Assembly (NCBI GenBank): GCA_951406725.2 | Contig: OX597830.1 | Span: forward strand, 44,206,001 to 44,270,000 | Direction: 5' to 3' | DNA from: Octopus vulgaris | Lineage: Eukaryota | Length of the DNA stretch: 64,000 nt | In this document: piece by piece, positions 13,070-26,831 of the stretch | How the letters are laid out: every line of letters starts with the position of its first letter | How positions within the stretch are numbered: the stretch's first letter is position 1 | Notes under the pieces: model-generated | Databases searched by the model: none | Told to the model about the DNA's origin: nothing | Seen by the model: only the letters and a program-made list of their open reading frames with translations | Made by a program: the position numbers and the translations under genes

Positions 13070-13248
13070 ATACTTATCAAAGATGGTGAATTACACATAA
13101 TTCCAATGCCAACATCATCCAAAGATTTAGATTGGTTACCGTTGTTCACACCTACACTCCAAGAAGCAATTCAAGCCATACATCAACATTCTAGTGAAAC
13201 TCTGGCATCAGCAGAAATACGGAAAGTCATAAAACAACGACTAGAATG
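13070..13248 (+). CDS. ECD: ECD coding exon (first in window): ILIKDGELHIIPMPTSSKDLDWLPLFTPTLQEAIQAIHQHSSETLASAEIRKVIKQRLE
   Basis: Acceptor ttttcttcttcag, donor gtaagc; 179 nt, phase 0 to 2. Confidence 0.92.
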
Positions 13249-13394
13249 GTAAGCTATTTTCAGTAATTTACTGGCCCTTATTGGTAAGAGATTCTCCTTT
13301 CATAAAACAGCTTCTGTTTTTTCTTCTATCCTTCTTGGACTCCAGATTCTTATGTCTTTTAAGTAAAAGAATATATTTCCTACTTTTAGTAATT

Positions 13395-13752
13395 CCAGCT
13401 CAGATTTAATTATGATAATGAAATTATTGTGTAAAGTGCTCAGTGGCACTACAACTTACCAGAGGTGTATGTACAATAACATAGAATTATGTACAAAAGT
13501 CAGGTAAGTGAACAGTGTATGGGTCATGATATACGTGTGTGCATGTGTATAGAGGGTGGGAATATCAGGTGTAGTGTTGGCGAATTTCAGGAAGCATGGA
13601 GGTTTTAAAGGATACAATATCTTGGCAGCTAACAACTGATGCAGGTAGTTTGTTCCATGCTTCAGCAACTCTGAGTGTGAAAAAATGTTTTCGAAAGTCA
13701 TGGGAGCTGTGCTGTTTACTGACTTTGTAGTCATGCCCACATGTGTCTAACG
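13395..13752 (-). mobile_element. CR1-type LINE 3' end
   Basis: TCGHDYKVSKQHSSHDFRKHFFTLRVAEAWNKLPASVVSC...FKTSMLPEIRQHYT*; same family at about 44970-45240 and 63652-63925. Confidence 0.8.
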
Positions 13753-14436
13753 CACATGGAATTCCATCTTCCTCCTCTCATCCTCTTCTTTATTTATTGT
13801 CTTTATTTATGGCAGCTGTGTGGCAAGAAAACAATTGATCAGATTATTCTACTATAGTTCAGACATGGTTTCACCATCATCATTTAACCCCTATTTTCCA
13901 TGCTGGCATGTGTTGGATGGTTTGACTGGAGCTGGCAAGGCTGGAGAGCTGCACCAGGTTCTATTGTCTGTTTTGGTATTGTTTCTATGGTTGGATACCC
14001 TTTCTTATGCCAACCACTTGACAGAGTGTACTGGGTGCTCTTTACGTGATGCCAGGACGGGTGAGGTCTGTTTTGGCATGGTTTCTATGACTGGATGCCT
14101 TTTCTAATGCCAACTGCTTTACAATGTACACTGGATGCTTTTTGCATGGCATCAACTATCCAACATACGATTCAGACTTGTCATCATCAATCTTCTCATT
14201 CACTTTCCCATGGGTCAGATGGATTTTATTGAGACAGATTCTTTACTGCTGGATGTCCTTCCTGTTGCCAACCATCACCTGTTTTCAAGCAAGGTAATAT
14301 CTTCCCCAGGACCAGACATGTTTTTGTAGAGCATTGGGGTTATTGGAAGCGAATGATACTGCTTGTATGACAGTGATAATCATTTACAACTATCATGCAA
14401 TGTTGATATAAGGAGATACACACACACACACACACA

Positions 14437-14472
<36 letters not shown>

Positions 14473-15902
14473 GGGTGGGAGGATTTCTTTCAGTTTCCAT
14501 ATATCAAGTCCAATCAAAAAGCTTTGGTTGGCTCAGGTGCCACGTAATGGGACTGAACCTGAAGCTTGGGAGGTAAACTTCTTAACCACACAGCACCTTT
14601 TCAGAAAACTTAGTAAAAAAAACCAAAATGCCCCAAACAAAACATTTTGTGATGAATATCACAAATGAATTGCATCTCTCTACATTGTTTCTCCATAACT
14701 GGATAGATTTTGATCTTACACAGAATTCAGATTTACTCTTGAAGGAATCTGTTTATAGCATGTAGATGCTGAAACTCCAGGTCGAAAATTTGATGCAATA
14801 ATGGTTGCTGGTGTGGCTGTGTGGTAAGAAGTTTGCTTCCCAACCATATGGTTATGGGTTCAGTCTTACTGTGGGACACCTTGAGCAAATGTCTCTTCTA
14901 ATAGCCTGAGGCTGATTAAATCCTTGTGAGTGGATTTGATAAATAGAAACCAAAAGAAGACCAGTGTGTGTGTGTGTGTGTTTGTCCCCAATGATCTTCA
15001 TAACCAGTGTTGGTGTAGTTATGTTCTTGGGACTTAGTGGTTCAGTAAAAGAGAACAACATAATAAATATGAAGCTTAAAAAAAATACTGGGTTTGATTT
15101 GTTTGACTAAGATTTTTCGAGGTGGTGCCCCAGCATGGCCTGATGTCTCATGATTAAAACAAGTAAACGATAAAAGCTTATTCCAAATTATGAAGCTTCT
15201 GCAATGTGTCAGTATTAAACTAAACCACTCCTACAACACCTTTCGAGTTTCCTTATTTCTGTCAATGAATGGCTTAGATTTTCTTGGTGTTGTTGAATAT
15301 TACTAGAAGTTTTTGATGGTTGAGAGAGTTACAAGTAAAATATGGGCTGATAAAAAGGTCTTCTGAGAAACAGGTTGGCATTTGAATGAGGAAATTTGAA
15401 TGTTTTTGCCATCAGGAAACAAAATGCAATGGAATCAAAAGTGTTTGATGTGATGTTAAGAGATACACTGGCTTAATGTACACAGAACATTATCAAACAA
15501 GAATAAAAAATTTAAATAAACTTTGGACATAAATAAGGAGATTTTAGTGTTGATCTGCAAAGTGGAGGTGGAGGATAGCCTTTTGTAGTGAAAAATTTTT
15601 GATAAAAACAAAATACAAATGAAAAAAACCCTGCTCACATTATCTTTGGTCACCACTCATTCCCCCTACCTCTCTCTCATACAGAAAATACAACTTTTAT
15701 TTTAGAAATATTGAAATTGATAAGTTATTTTTTGAGATTTCTGGACTTTTGATATTTATAAAGAAAAGTGAGAAAAATAATGATAATATCTTAAATTCTA
15801 TCCTTTAAATTATTTCATGAATTTAATATAGAAAATCATTAATAATTAAGCATTCTCCATCAATCAATTAGTTAAATAACAATTTGTCTTATATCTTTAC
15901 AG

Positions 15903-16044
15903 TTACCCAGAAAAAATCACGCAAGACTTTCATTCTGCTTATTGTTACATTCCTGCTGGATTGGCCGTAGCCTTGACACAACGTCCGTCTCTTATAGCTG
16001 CTGGTGTTAATGCATTTTATTACAGAGATCCTGATGATTTAAAG
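15903..16044 (+). CDS. ECD: ECD exon: (C)YPEKITQDFHSAYCYIPAGLAVALTQRPSLIAAGVNAFYYRDPDDLK
   Basis: tttacag / gtcagt; 142 nt, phase 2 to 0. Confidence 0.95.
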
Positions 16045-16885
16045 GTCAGTTTAAAATCATCATCATCGTTTAACGTCTGCTGGCATGGGTTGGACAGTTT
16101 GAATGGGGACTGGTAAGCCAGGCGGCCACCCCAGGTTCCAATCTTAATATAATTGATATCTTAGATTGAGACAAGAATTTGTTAGATGGGACGAATGTAA
16201 ATCAAACCAATTTCCAGCTTTTTCCTCTACTACTGCTATTACTACCACTGCTGTTGCTGCTGCTACTTTTTTTCTTTGGTCACAGTGGACAGTATTGGAT
16301 ACAGTACAAAGACAATACAAAAACATTGCATGCGCGTATTGGGTGTGGAGTTTAATTACCCAAATGGAAAAGGTGAAAATCAACAAAATCAATTGGCAAA
16401 GATAAAAATGTCTCAACAAGAAAATATAGGACAAGAAATTACTTTGGGTAATTTAGGGTGTCATACATGTATCCTTGTATTAATTTGACACATGAAAAGC
16501 AAAAGTGCCCTGTCTCAGTTTCATGCTGTTGTCTATCATCATTATAAATCTGTTTTCAAGGTTGGCATGGGTTGGAGGGCTTGACAGGAACTGGTAAGAC
16601 CAGGAGCCACACCAGACTCCATAGTCTAATATGGATTGGATTCCACAGTTGGATGCCCTTCCTAGCGCCAACTACTTCACAGTGTACTGGGCATCTGGTT
16701 TTTGTGGCATCTGGTTTTAGGATGTTGTTGAGTCATGTAATTAAGTAGGCTCATTTAACATTGCCAGTCTCACCGTTCTCAATAACAACATATTTCATGT
16801 TTTAACTTGGGAAATATTTAAACGAGATTATTTACTTAATTAATTTGTTAAGCTATTCTACTGAATCTTTTTTTTCCTTTTTCAG

Positions 16886-16936
16886 GCTTGTCGCTCCTTC
16901 CGTTATTTTCGTCCAGGAACAAGAGTCATGACATTA
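16886..16936 (+). CDS. ECD: ECD exon: ACRSFRYFRPGTRVMTL
   Basis: tttttcag / gtaagt; 51 nt, phase 0 to 0; matches human ACRVFKTFLPETRIMTS. Confidence 0.93.
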
Positions 16937-17604
16937 GTAAGTTCTATTTCTCGCTTCCTTTTCCACATAACGGCTATGGCCATTAGCACACCGGGCCAAA
17001 TGCTTAGCAGCATTTCGTCTGTCTTTATGTTCTGAGTTCAAATTCCACTGAGTGCCTTTCATCATTTTTGTGGTCGAAAGATTAAGAACCAGTTGAGTAC
17101 TGGGATCAATGTAATCCCTTGAAATTGCTGGCCCTGGACCAAAATTTGAAATCATTATCATCATCATTTTAACATCAGTTTTTTTTTTTACCATGAGCTG
17201 AAAGGGACTTTAATAGTAAAATCTTAATTTGCATCTTGATCTTGTGTTAAAGATAAGTACCAAACCATCTGGGAATGTTACCTGTAAGGAATTGATGCTT
17301 TCTTATCCCAGGAGGTATGTATCTCACATTCATGAAAAAGCAATAGTTCCCATGGGTTCTCACTTTGAAATGGAGAATTTATTTAGTATTCTTGTGTTCG
17401 TGTAGGATGAGAAGAGTTTAAGGAAGCATTGTATCTTAGCATCAAAGGGTTTATCACCATCATCATCATTTTAGAAAAAAAAGTTCCAGGTGTGGAAAGA
17501 AAATCTGGAAGTAGAGGACCTTGAAGTTAACTTAAAAAAGACTAGAATCTTTGTAAGCAATAAAACAGACCATACACTCAACCCTCCAGGAAAATGGCTC
17601 TGTT

Positions 17605-17992
17605 CAGTTGTGTATGAACATCAATGCTACATAGTAGTGAACTCTGGGCCATGAATGCAGAAGAGATGTGATGCTTAGAAAGGAATGAGATTAGCTTGTG
17701 CAACATCGGTGTGCATGTATGACAAAGTACAAATGTGTTGAGAGAAAAATTGGAGATTAGAGGCATCAGATGTAATGTGTAAGAGAGAAGACCATTGATG
17801 TACTTATGTGAATGTATATGGATGAGGATACTTGTAAAGAAATGTTTATTGCTTAAAATCTACTCGTGGAAAAGGAAGAACCATGAAAATGTGGGACAAA
17901 GTATTGAAGGCTGACCTGAGGTTGTTGAGCCTCACAGAAACAAAGACAAAGAACTAAGGTGAATGGTGATTCACTGTGCTTGAGAAGACTCA
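17605..17992 (+). mobile_element. Degenerate RTE LINE ORF C-terminal fragment
   Basis: SMLHSSELWAMNAEEM*CLERNE...LREKLEIRGIRC...RGKGRTMKMWDKVLKADLR, with multiple stops. Confidence 0.8.
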
Positions 17993-18676
17993 TATATTTT
18001 AGCAAAAATGAGGTCTGAAAAGCATATTATTAATGTCTATATCCCAGCTTCCAATCTGTACCTGTCAAGCCTTCCCAGCAACTCATTGCTACATGTTGAC
18101 ATGGGTTGAACGGTGGTGCTGGCGATTTTTCATACTCACATGGGTTGAATGTGTTGGCTGTACATTTCCAGTCGTTTTTAACTTAGTCATCACACTTGAG
18201 AATTCTAGCATTCTGAGATCTCACTGTTCCACTTCTCACTTCTTGACTCTTTGTCTTTTATTGCTGTGTCCTCCTACTGTCACCATGTAGCAACATTTGT
18301 AATTCTCATTTCTTTAGCAGCACAATAGTCTCCCTTACATTCATTATCTGATGATTTATTGTTGTTTGCCTGTATATATGTGTGTGTGTGTGTGTAGCAT
18401 TTCATAATTGTCATCGTTTTGTCATTATTCATGGTGGCAATGATTGGCTAGGTTGTAATAGCCCATCTTGGTATTGTTCAAACTCACAACCCTCTTACAC
18501 AAATTGAAGAACCATGATTCACTTGTGCATCTTACCTCTGTCAATGGTTCAGTGGCTGGATGGCTTTCCTAACACCAACCACGTTACACACCCACACACA
18601 CACATGCTCCTAGATGAGTACTGTTCGTGTTACAACTTTCTAAATATCAAATTAAAAAACTTTATTTTTCATAAAT

Positions 18677-19142
18677 ATTTTAGTATTGCAACCCAGCTGA
18701 AACTGCTTCTGGCTCTGTAATACAAATTTCTTGTTTTTAAAAGTTCTCAATTACAATCTTCCACCAAACCTTAGTCACAATTTATGTCCCTAACACTAGC
18801 TTGATGATAACTAAGTTATTTTACTAAATTTTTTGTTATATTTAAAATTAATTGAAAGAAACACATAATCTCAACAGAAATATGGTAACAAAAGGGTTAA
18901 AATATATAATAGAGAAACAATTCTTAACCCTTTTGATACCCACCTGGCTAAAACTACCTCTGGTTCTGTAGTACAAATGTCTTGTTTTCAAAAGTTCTGA
19001 ATTAAAATCTTCCACCAAACCTTAGTCACAATTTATGTTCCTAACACTAGCTTAATGATAACTAAGTTATTTTACTAAATTATTTGTTATATTTAAAATT
19101 AATTAAAAGAAATGCAGAGCATATGGTAACGAAAGGGGTTAA
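18677..19142. mobile_element. Two tandem copies of the piggyBac-type MITE
   Basis: Copies end aaagggttaa at 18900 and 19142; the second starts ttaacccttt at 18924. Confidence 0.85.
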
Positions 19143-19186
19143 TTGTTTAATAAAAAATTTAACAAGTTATCCAGAAGGTAATATAA

Positions 19187-19357
<171 letters not shown>

Positions 19358-19930
19358 TGATTTATTTAAATTGATTTGATTGTAAAACTCTTTTTGAAGT
19401 CATCTAATTCATGTTTTATCTTCTATTTGTTTGTCATAAGACTGTGGCCATGCTGGGGCACCACTTTGAAGAACTTTTAGTCAAATGAATTGACACTAGT
19501 ACTGATATTTTTTAAGCCTATTAGTAATTCTATTGGTCTTTTTTGCTGAACTGTTAAGTTATGGAGGTGTAAACACACCAGCACCGGTTATTAGATTAAC
19601 CACATGATTTTAGGTTCATTCCCACTGTGTGGTATCCTAGGCAAGTGTCTTCCACTATAGCTTTAGGTCGACCAAAACCTTGTGAGTGGTTTTGATGGAT
19701 GGAAACTGAAAGAAGCCCATGTGTTTGTGTCTGTTTGTCCCCCACCACCACTTGACAACTGGTGCTTGTGTGTGTGTGTGTAACCTAGCGGTTTGGCAGA
19801 AAAGACCAATAGAATAAGTATCAGGCTTATAGATAAATAAATATTGCTGGTGATTCATTCCACTAAAAGCTTTTTAAGGCAGTGTCCCAGCATGGCCACA
19901 GGCTAATGACTAAAACAAGTAAATAATAAA

Positions 19931-19979
<49 letters not shown>

Positions 19980-19981
<2 letters not shown>

Positions 19982-20839
19982 GGGTATATACACAATATAT
20001 ATATATATTATCACCATTTCATATTTTTAATTTCACATGTGCATTATTTGTTTTTGATTTTGTTGACTACACAGTATTGTAGAGTCAGTTGGGCACTGTC
20101 TGTTAGAAACACAGCACCATGACACAATTCACTCTGCCAGAAATTTGGAAACAACATGCTGTACTGCTAGGCATTCATGCTGGAAGCTCCAATATGAACA
20201 TTTCAGAGCATTTGGGTGTCAGTCTGAGGACATGTACTGAGATTGATAAAAATCAAACATCCAGTCAACATCATGGTGTTTGGAGAGATCACAAGTGATG
20301 TGACGTTATGCCTCCATTCATCTTCCCACATGTTGTCAGACTCAACATGAAAGCCTACATCAAGTCCCTAGAGGAAGTAGTGTTGCCTTGGGTCAAAAGG
20401 GTGGCTGCTAGAAGACCCTGTGTCTGGCAACAGGACTCTGCACCATGCCACACAAGCAGGAAAACCCAGTTATGGCTGTCAGACCGTTTCTATGACCACA
20501 TCATCCTTAACATGTGGTCATCTAACTCCCCACACTGCAACCCCCTTAATTGTTATGTGTGCGAGAGACCACCAAAATCCTTGTAACATCAAAGATGAAC
20601 TGAAGGGAAGGATTATGGCAGCATTCACTACCTTAAACAAGAAGACCCTCCAGAACTGTTGCAGGAGATTCCGAAGTCATGGGGAGGCTGTGGTTGAAGC
20701 CATTGGCGATTTTATTGAATATATTTACTGTTTCAAGATATTTTTATGTAATTTTGGTAATATATCCGTTAAAATGAGATGTCAGTGTTATTTATATTTT
20801 TGCGTAATTTAGATGACCATATATTCACCACATCCTGTA
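19980..20839 (+). mobile_element. Internally deleted Tc1/mariner of the maT (DD37D) group
   Basis: MPPFIFPH...VWQQDSAPCHTSRKTQLWL...WSSNSPHCNPLN with 37 residues between D and the decayed third D; frameshifted C-terminus. Confidence 0.85.
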
Positions 20840-21254
20840 TGTATGTATATATATATAATGTATGTGGTAAGTAGCTTGCTTACCAACCACATAGTTTCAG
20901 GTTCAGTCTCACTGCATGGTGCCTTGGGCAAGGGTCCTCTATTATAGCCTCAGGCCAACCAAAGCCTTGTGAGTGGATTTGGTAGACGGAAACTGAAAGA
21001 AGCCCAACATGTATATATATGTGTGTGTGTGTATGTATGTCTGTGTTTGTCCCCCCCACCATCGCTTGACAACTGATGCAAAATATAAGCTAGTCCTAGA
21101 GCGCACAATGTTCCTGAAGGTCAGCAAGGGTCTTCCTTGGTCACGAGTGGATGGCCATCATATATGTATCTATTGTGTGTTGCTTAAAAATATTGCTTCT
21201 AGATTTTAATATTAGCTTTTATTTTTGTAATTAATTGTATGTTTTATCTTTTAG

Positions 21255-21392
21255 GCTCATGGTTTTGAGATCCTTTGTTCCAAGTGTACAAATCCTAACT
21301 TACAGAATGGGGAAAGTAATGACAACAGGAACATACCTGATGTTAGATTACAGCGATTTATATCAACCCTCACTGATAAAGGATATTTTAAG
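21255..21392 (+). CDS. ECD: ECD exon: AHGFEILCSKCTNPNLQNGESNDNRNIPDVRLQRFISTLTDKGYFK
   Basis: cttttag / gtgagt; 138 nt, phase 0 to 0. Confidence 0.95.
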
Positions 21393-21633
21393 GTGAGTCC
21401 ACAAACAACCTGAAAAAGGATTTGTTTATAGAGATTAAATGTTTGCTCACTCCCTCCATCAAATCAACATTGTCTATACAGGTGTAAGATGTTCCACATG
21501 ACAGATGTTGAGGTGATCACAGAACAACATGAGATAAAATACTCTGCTCAAAAGCACAATGCATTGCTCAGCCTGGGAACTGAACTCCTGAATCTTGAGT
21601 GCAATATCCCTAACCACTAGGCCATGCACCCTC

Positions 21634-22036
21634 ATCATCATCATCATCATCGTTTAACATCTGTTTTCCATGCTAGCATGGGTTGGACGGTTTGACTGGG
21701 GTCTGGGAAGCCAGAAGGTTGCACCAGGCTCCAGTCTGATCTGGCAGTGTTTCTACAGCTTGCTGCCCTTCCTAACACCAACCACTCCGTGAGTGTAGTT
21801 GGTGCTTTTTACATGCCACTGGCACAGGTGCCAGGCGAGGTTGGCAACAACCACGATCCGTTGGTGCTTTTTACATGCCGCCGGCACAGGTGCCAGGCGA
21901 GGCTGGCAATGGCCACGATCCGTTGGTGCTTTTTACGTGCTACTGGCACGGAAGCCAGTCAAGGCAGCGCTGGCATCAGCCACGTTTGGATGGTGCTTTT
22001 TATGTGCCACTGACACAGGTATCACAACTACAATTT
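21634..22036 (-). mobile_element. Family C retroposon with four internal modules
   Basis: (CAT)n tail on the left; ggtgctttttacRtgccaccggcac-like motif at 21801, 21863, 21925 and 21992. Confidence 0.8.
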
Positions 22037-23331
22037 ATAGGGAATTATAGCACCAGTGTACAATACAAGTAGTACACTTTCTATCAGTACAAGTTGCATG
22101 CAGACCACTCAGTGACCATCACTTAATAAAATTAACACAAAATGAAAAATCACCTAAACATAGTTTGTTACTGCTGCCAACTGCAGTTTTCACATTCTCT
22201 AGAATACATGTAAAATCACCCAGACACACATTTGCAACATCTAATAATAAACTGATAATACTATCTTGAGAAGATTATCCTTTCCTTTCAATCCAGAAAA
22301 AAAGAATTAAAAGGACTCAAAATATTACAAATACACGTGCCAGTGCCATGTAAAAAGCATCCAGTACACTCTGTAAAGTTGTTGGCATCAGGAAGGATGT
22401 TGAGCCATAGAAACCATGCCAAAATAGACAATGGATTCTAGTGCCGCTCTCCAGCTTGCCAGCTTCTGTCAAACTGTTCAGTCCATGCTAACATGGTAAA
22501 CAGACATTAAATAATGATGATGGTGATACAAAAACCAGCTCCTGTATCAGTAACTTCATTAACCACAAATACTCTGTGCTGGGGTACACTGCACCACTAA
22601 TTGCAGAAGCACAATAAACTGTTGCTGTTTGACAGACAACACTTCATCCACGTGACCACCAACCAAACTTAACAAAACATAGAAACATTGTACAGTAGCC
22701 AAAACAAACAAAAGATAAAATACCTATAAAAACATCAAAACTAAATGTATTTTTGTATTTTAATGCTAAGGGAAGTGAGTCATGGTGATAAACATTGTCA
22801 TTTCACTGCCACCAAAGTTATTTCTTCCTTTATGTATTAGTTTGAAAGCCAAGTCAATGGAGAAGAGTTACAACTAGACAAAATCTTCTAGTGGTTTAAA
22901 AGCACAAGTATCCAATATCCAAGTGGCTAAAAAAGTGTCAGCAAAAGGGTACATGGGTGTGGACCAGCTCCCTTAGGGTGTGAGAAGATAAGGGCTGAAG
23001 CACTCACCTGAGTGGGGTTTCTTCTCTGAAGACCTTCTGTTGTTCATCTTGAGAGTTTCTTACCACTACCAATTGTGTTGGAGTATACAGTAAGGTCCTC
23101 ACTTGATGTTAACAGGTCATTATATAATAAGCACCTGGTGCAATAACTGACCATCATAGGTCTATACGTTCAAGGTTGACCTTTGCTTAAATAAAAGTTT
23201 TCTGGATTGTTTCTCTTCTCCACTTTTCAATAGAGGATTTTGTCGAGGGAAAATAAAAAACCCCATTAGTTGTTGCTATTTTTACTTTTTTATTTTCGTT
23301 TTGTAACATAATATTGTTTTTATGTTTCCAG

Positions 23332-23417
23332 GGAGAACTTGAAGGATCTGTACTATACAATGAACATTTGGCGAAAGCAAAACAGTATTTTAAAGACAAT
23401 CTTGATCACACTCCTTG
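23332..23417 (+). CDS. ECD: ECD exon: GELEGSVLYNEHLAKAKQYFKDNLDHTP
   Basis: gtttccag / gtaatt; 86 nt, phase 0 to 2. Confidence 0.93.
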
Positions 23418-24025
23418 GTAATTATATTTTATATTTTCAAATTTCCAAGTATTTCTAAAACACAAAGTAAGTGAGTCAAGATAAATTTTGTTGTGTCTCT
23501 TACCTTTTATTTTTGATTGGTGAGTTAGGAGAAATACCTCAGATGCAAGGCAACAACTGAGTTTAGTGTGAAGAAACAGAGTTGACAACACTGGCAATAC
23601 GTATTACTTTCTCAAGGCAGCAAGATGGCAGAATTCTTAGCAGTATTTTGTCTGTCTTCATGTTCTCAGTTCAAATTCTGCTAAGGCCAACTTTATCTTT
23701 CATCCTTTCAGGGTCAATAAAATAAGTACCAGTTACGCACTGTTGGTCAATGTAATCAACTAGCCTCCCCTCCCTCGAAATTGCTGGCCTTGTGCATTAT
23801 TTTATCAAGTGTGAAGGTATTGGAGTTGTAGAATTGGTAACACATGGGAGTGGAAACATGGCTGTCATGGTTAAGAAGCTCACTTTGCAATCACATACTC
23901 ACACACAACTAGCTTCTTTCATTTTCCAGGGCGATAGAAAATACTTGGCCAAGGTGCCACACAGTGAAACTGAACTCACACTTTTATATATGCATGTATA
24001 TGTATATATATATATATATATATAT

Positions 24026-24670
24026 AGGGAGAATTCACAAAAAAACAAATGACGAAGACAGGTGGTGTAGACAACAAACAGATGTATTAACGTAACACTC
24101 AGGAAGTGAAAACATCTTTAACGTTTCAAGCCTACACTCTTCCACAGAAAGAAACAAGGAGAGAAAAATAAAGAATGTGTAGTGGCTAGCGATCTATCAT
24201 GGCGAATGCCGGACAGAAGGGTCATACAGGAGAGCTAGGAAGAAGGGGAGATAATAAAGTAGTGATGGTCCCAAAACGAAGGTGCACGTGCATGTGTGGA
24301 AAAGGGCTGGTGACCTTGACATATTCGTGTGTGTATGTGTAGGTGTGAAGATGTGGGGCTGGGAAGTAGTCAGTGCTAGTGTGTGTGTGGTGGTGTGATG
24401 TGATGTGTTGTGTGGTATGATGGTGTAGTGGTGTGATGGTGTTGGGAGGTGGGGAAAGCCATGGTGGGTTGGGGTATGTGGGAGTGGGTATAAGGGATGG
24501 GGTGGTGTAGGATAGGAAGGATAGGGATAGTGAGGTTGGAATGTGTAGGGGTGGGTGGGGTTACGATGTAGGGGAGGAGAAGGTGGGTAGGAATGAAGAG
24601 AAGAAGTAGGAGTCGGAGTAAGAGAGGAGAGGTGGGTGGGAGGAAGTAGGTGTGAGGGGGAGGAGATTAG
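24026..24670 (-). mobile_element. Penelope-like terminal repeat relic with hammerhead-like motif (24115-24152) and adjacent GT/GA-rich low complexity
   Basis: Minus strand UCUUU-CUGUGGA-AGAGUGUAGGCUU-GAAACGUU-AAAGA; the family assignment is inferred from the ribozyme-like motif. Confidence 0.5.
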
Positions 24671-25116
24671 ATGAAGATATATATATATATATTCAGAGAT
24701 GCACTTGTGAGCCAACTTATTTGATCTGAGACTGTGTTGAAATTAAATCAGTAACAGTTCCTGTGTTTCTGAATGGCTAATATCTGACTTCCATGCTGGT
24801 GCTCCATAAAAAGTCCCCAGGACATTCTGTAAAGTGGTTGGTGTTAAGAAGGGGCATCCAGCCATAGAAACCATGGCAACACAGACAATTGGGGCATGGT
24901 GCAGTCCTCCGGCTCACCAGTTCCTGTCAAACTGTCCAACCCATGCCAGCATAGTGATGATATATATATTTCATTCTTCTAAATTCTGAGTTCAAATTTC
25001 ACCTGGGTTAGCTTTTGCTTTCAGTCCTCTGTCAATAAAATGAATCTCAATCATGTGTTTAGTGGTGATTTAAATGTTAATGGAATTTTTAATTGTTTTT
25101 CTGCTTTGTCTTACAG

Positions 25117-25220
25117 TAACACAGAGCAACTGGGATGTACGGTGCTAGATTTGATTCATCAGATTCCTTACAGCATTGAGGAACTCAGACTCCAAGAAAG
25201 GCTACTGCCACCAGAAGATG
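25117..25220 (+). CDS. ECD: ECD exon: (C)NTEQLGCTVLDLIHQIPYSIEELRLQERLLPPED
   Basis: cttacag / gtaaaa; 104 nt, phase 2 to 1. Confidence 0.93.
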
Positions 25221-26662
25221 GTAAAAAATTATTTTATATTTGCTATTTGAAAAATTATGCTGAAACATTGATATTTTATTCATACCTCTTGGAACAATTG
25301 ACAGAGGCACAGGCATAGCTGCGTGGTAAGAAACTTACTTCCCAACCACATGGTTCCAAGTTCAGTCCCACTGCGTGGCACCTCGGGCAAGTGTCTTCCC
25401 CTATAGTCTTGGATCAATCAAAGCCTTATGAGTGGATTTGGTAGATGGAAAATGAAAGAAGCACATTGTACGCACGCACACACACACACACACACACACA
25501 CATATCTCCCACCCATGTCAGCATGGAAGGCAGACGTTAAGCAATGATGATGATGTGTGTGTGTGTGTATGCCTTTGTGTCTGTGTTTATCTCCCCACCA
25601 CCACTGCTTGACAATTGATGTTGGTGTGTTTATGTCCCCGTAACTTAGAAGTTTGGCAAAGGAGACTAATGGAAATATGTACATAACTACTGATGTCAAT
25701 TCACTCAACAGGATATTCTTCAAAGTCATTCCCCCGCATGAGTTCTTATCTTAATGTGGACCACAGGATGGTTTTCTCAACAATAAAGGATGGCATCTGT
25801 TTAATTGCTGGTTGGATGATAATGTTTAACTTTATACTATGCTTATATATAAGATAAACATCAGCATATTTGTCATATGGGATCATGGTTAGTCACAGGT
25901 GTTTAATTGGTTGCCTCTGTAACTTGGAGTTTGCTCAACCAAAACTGATTGATAACAATAATAAAACACCAACATATTAACAAAACAATATTAAGAACAA
26001 CTCTTCTTCTAAATTTATCAGTTTTCAGCTATGACATTCCCTCAAATGAATGGAGAAGATGTAGAGTAGTGAGACCTATTTGTCTTGCAGGGTACGAATT
26101 AACCTCACTAGTGCTGGTGCCACAATGAATGCACCCAGAACCCTCTGTAAGGTGGTTGGTGAATAAGCAGGGACAACATGGAGACCATTTAGTCTTGTTC
26201 TGTCCTGGATATGACAACTTCTCAGGTGCTGGTGCCATGATAAGGTATATTCAGTACATTCTATAAAGTGGTTGGTCATAAAAAAAACCCAAAACAAACC
26301 CCATCCTGTTTATAATTTTACAATAAAGAACAATGTAAACATTGCGCTTAACAGAAGCTGGATTAGATTAGTATTAGCTCAATATAAGAATTATCCCATT
26401 GAATATTGGTAGTGGTCTCTGTGTAAGTTTCTAATTGTACTAAAATTTCAATTTTCTTTAATTGTTCTAGAAGAATTTGGTGTGTTTTATCATATGGCTG
26501 CCAAGCATTTACAATTCTACATCATGTATTCCACTACAAAATATTTTAATAAATAATGAACACTTTAGTATATATTTATTAGTATATATTTGTTTACTAT
26601 CTATTTATTTATTATGTATTTGTTAGTATATACTTATTTGGTATATATTCATTCCCCTGTAG

Positions 26663-26831
26663 ATGACTCTTGGCTGTATGTTAGTCCACAAGAAGTTGAT
26701 GCTATGATTTTGAAAGCTGGTGGTAAAGATCCCTCAAGATGTGAAAAGTCTTTTGATCCAAATCAAGTATCAAACAGCATGAAATCCTTTGTGGACACTG
26801 TCTCAGACTATGAAGGAGCTGAATTTCCAAA
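26663..26831 (+). CDS. ECD: ECD exon: (D)DSWLYVSPQEVDAMILKAGGKDPSRCEKSFDPNQVSNSMKSFVDTVSDYEGAEFP
   Basis: cctgtag / gtaagt; 169 nt, phase 1 to 2. Confidence 0.95.
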
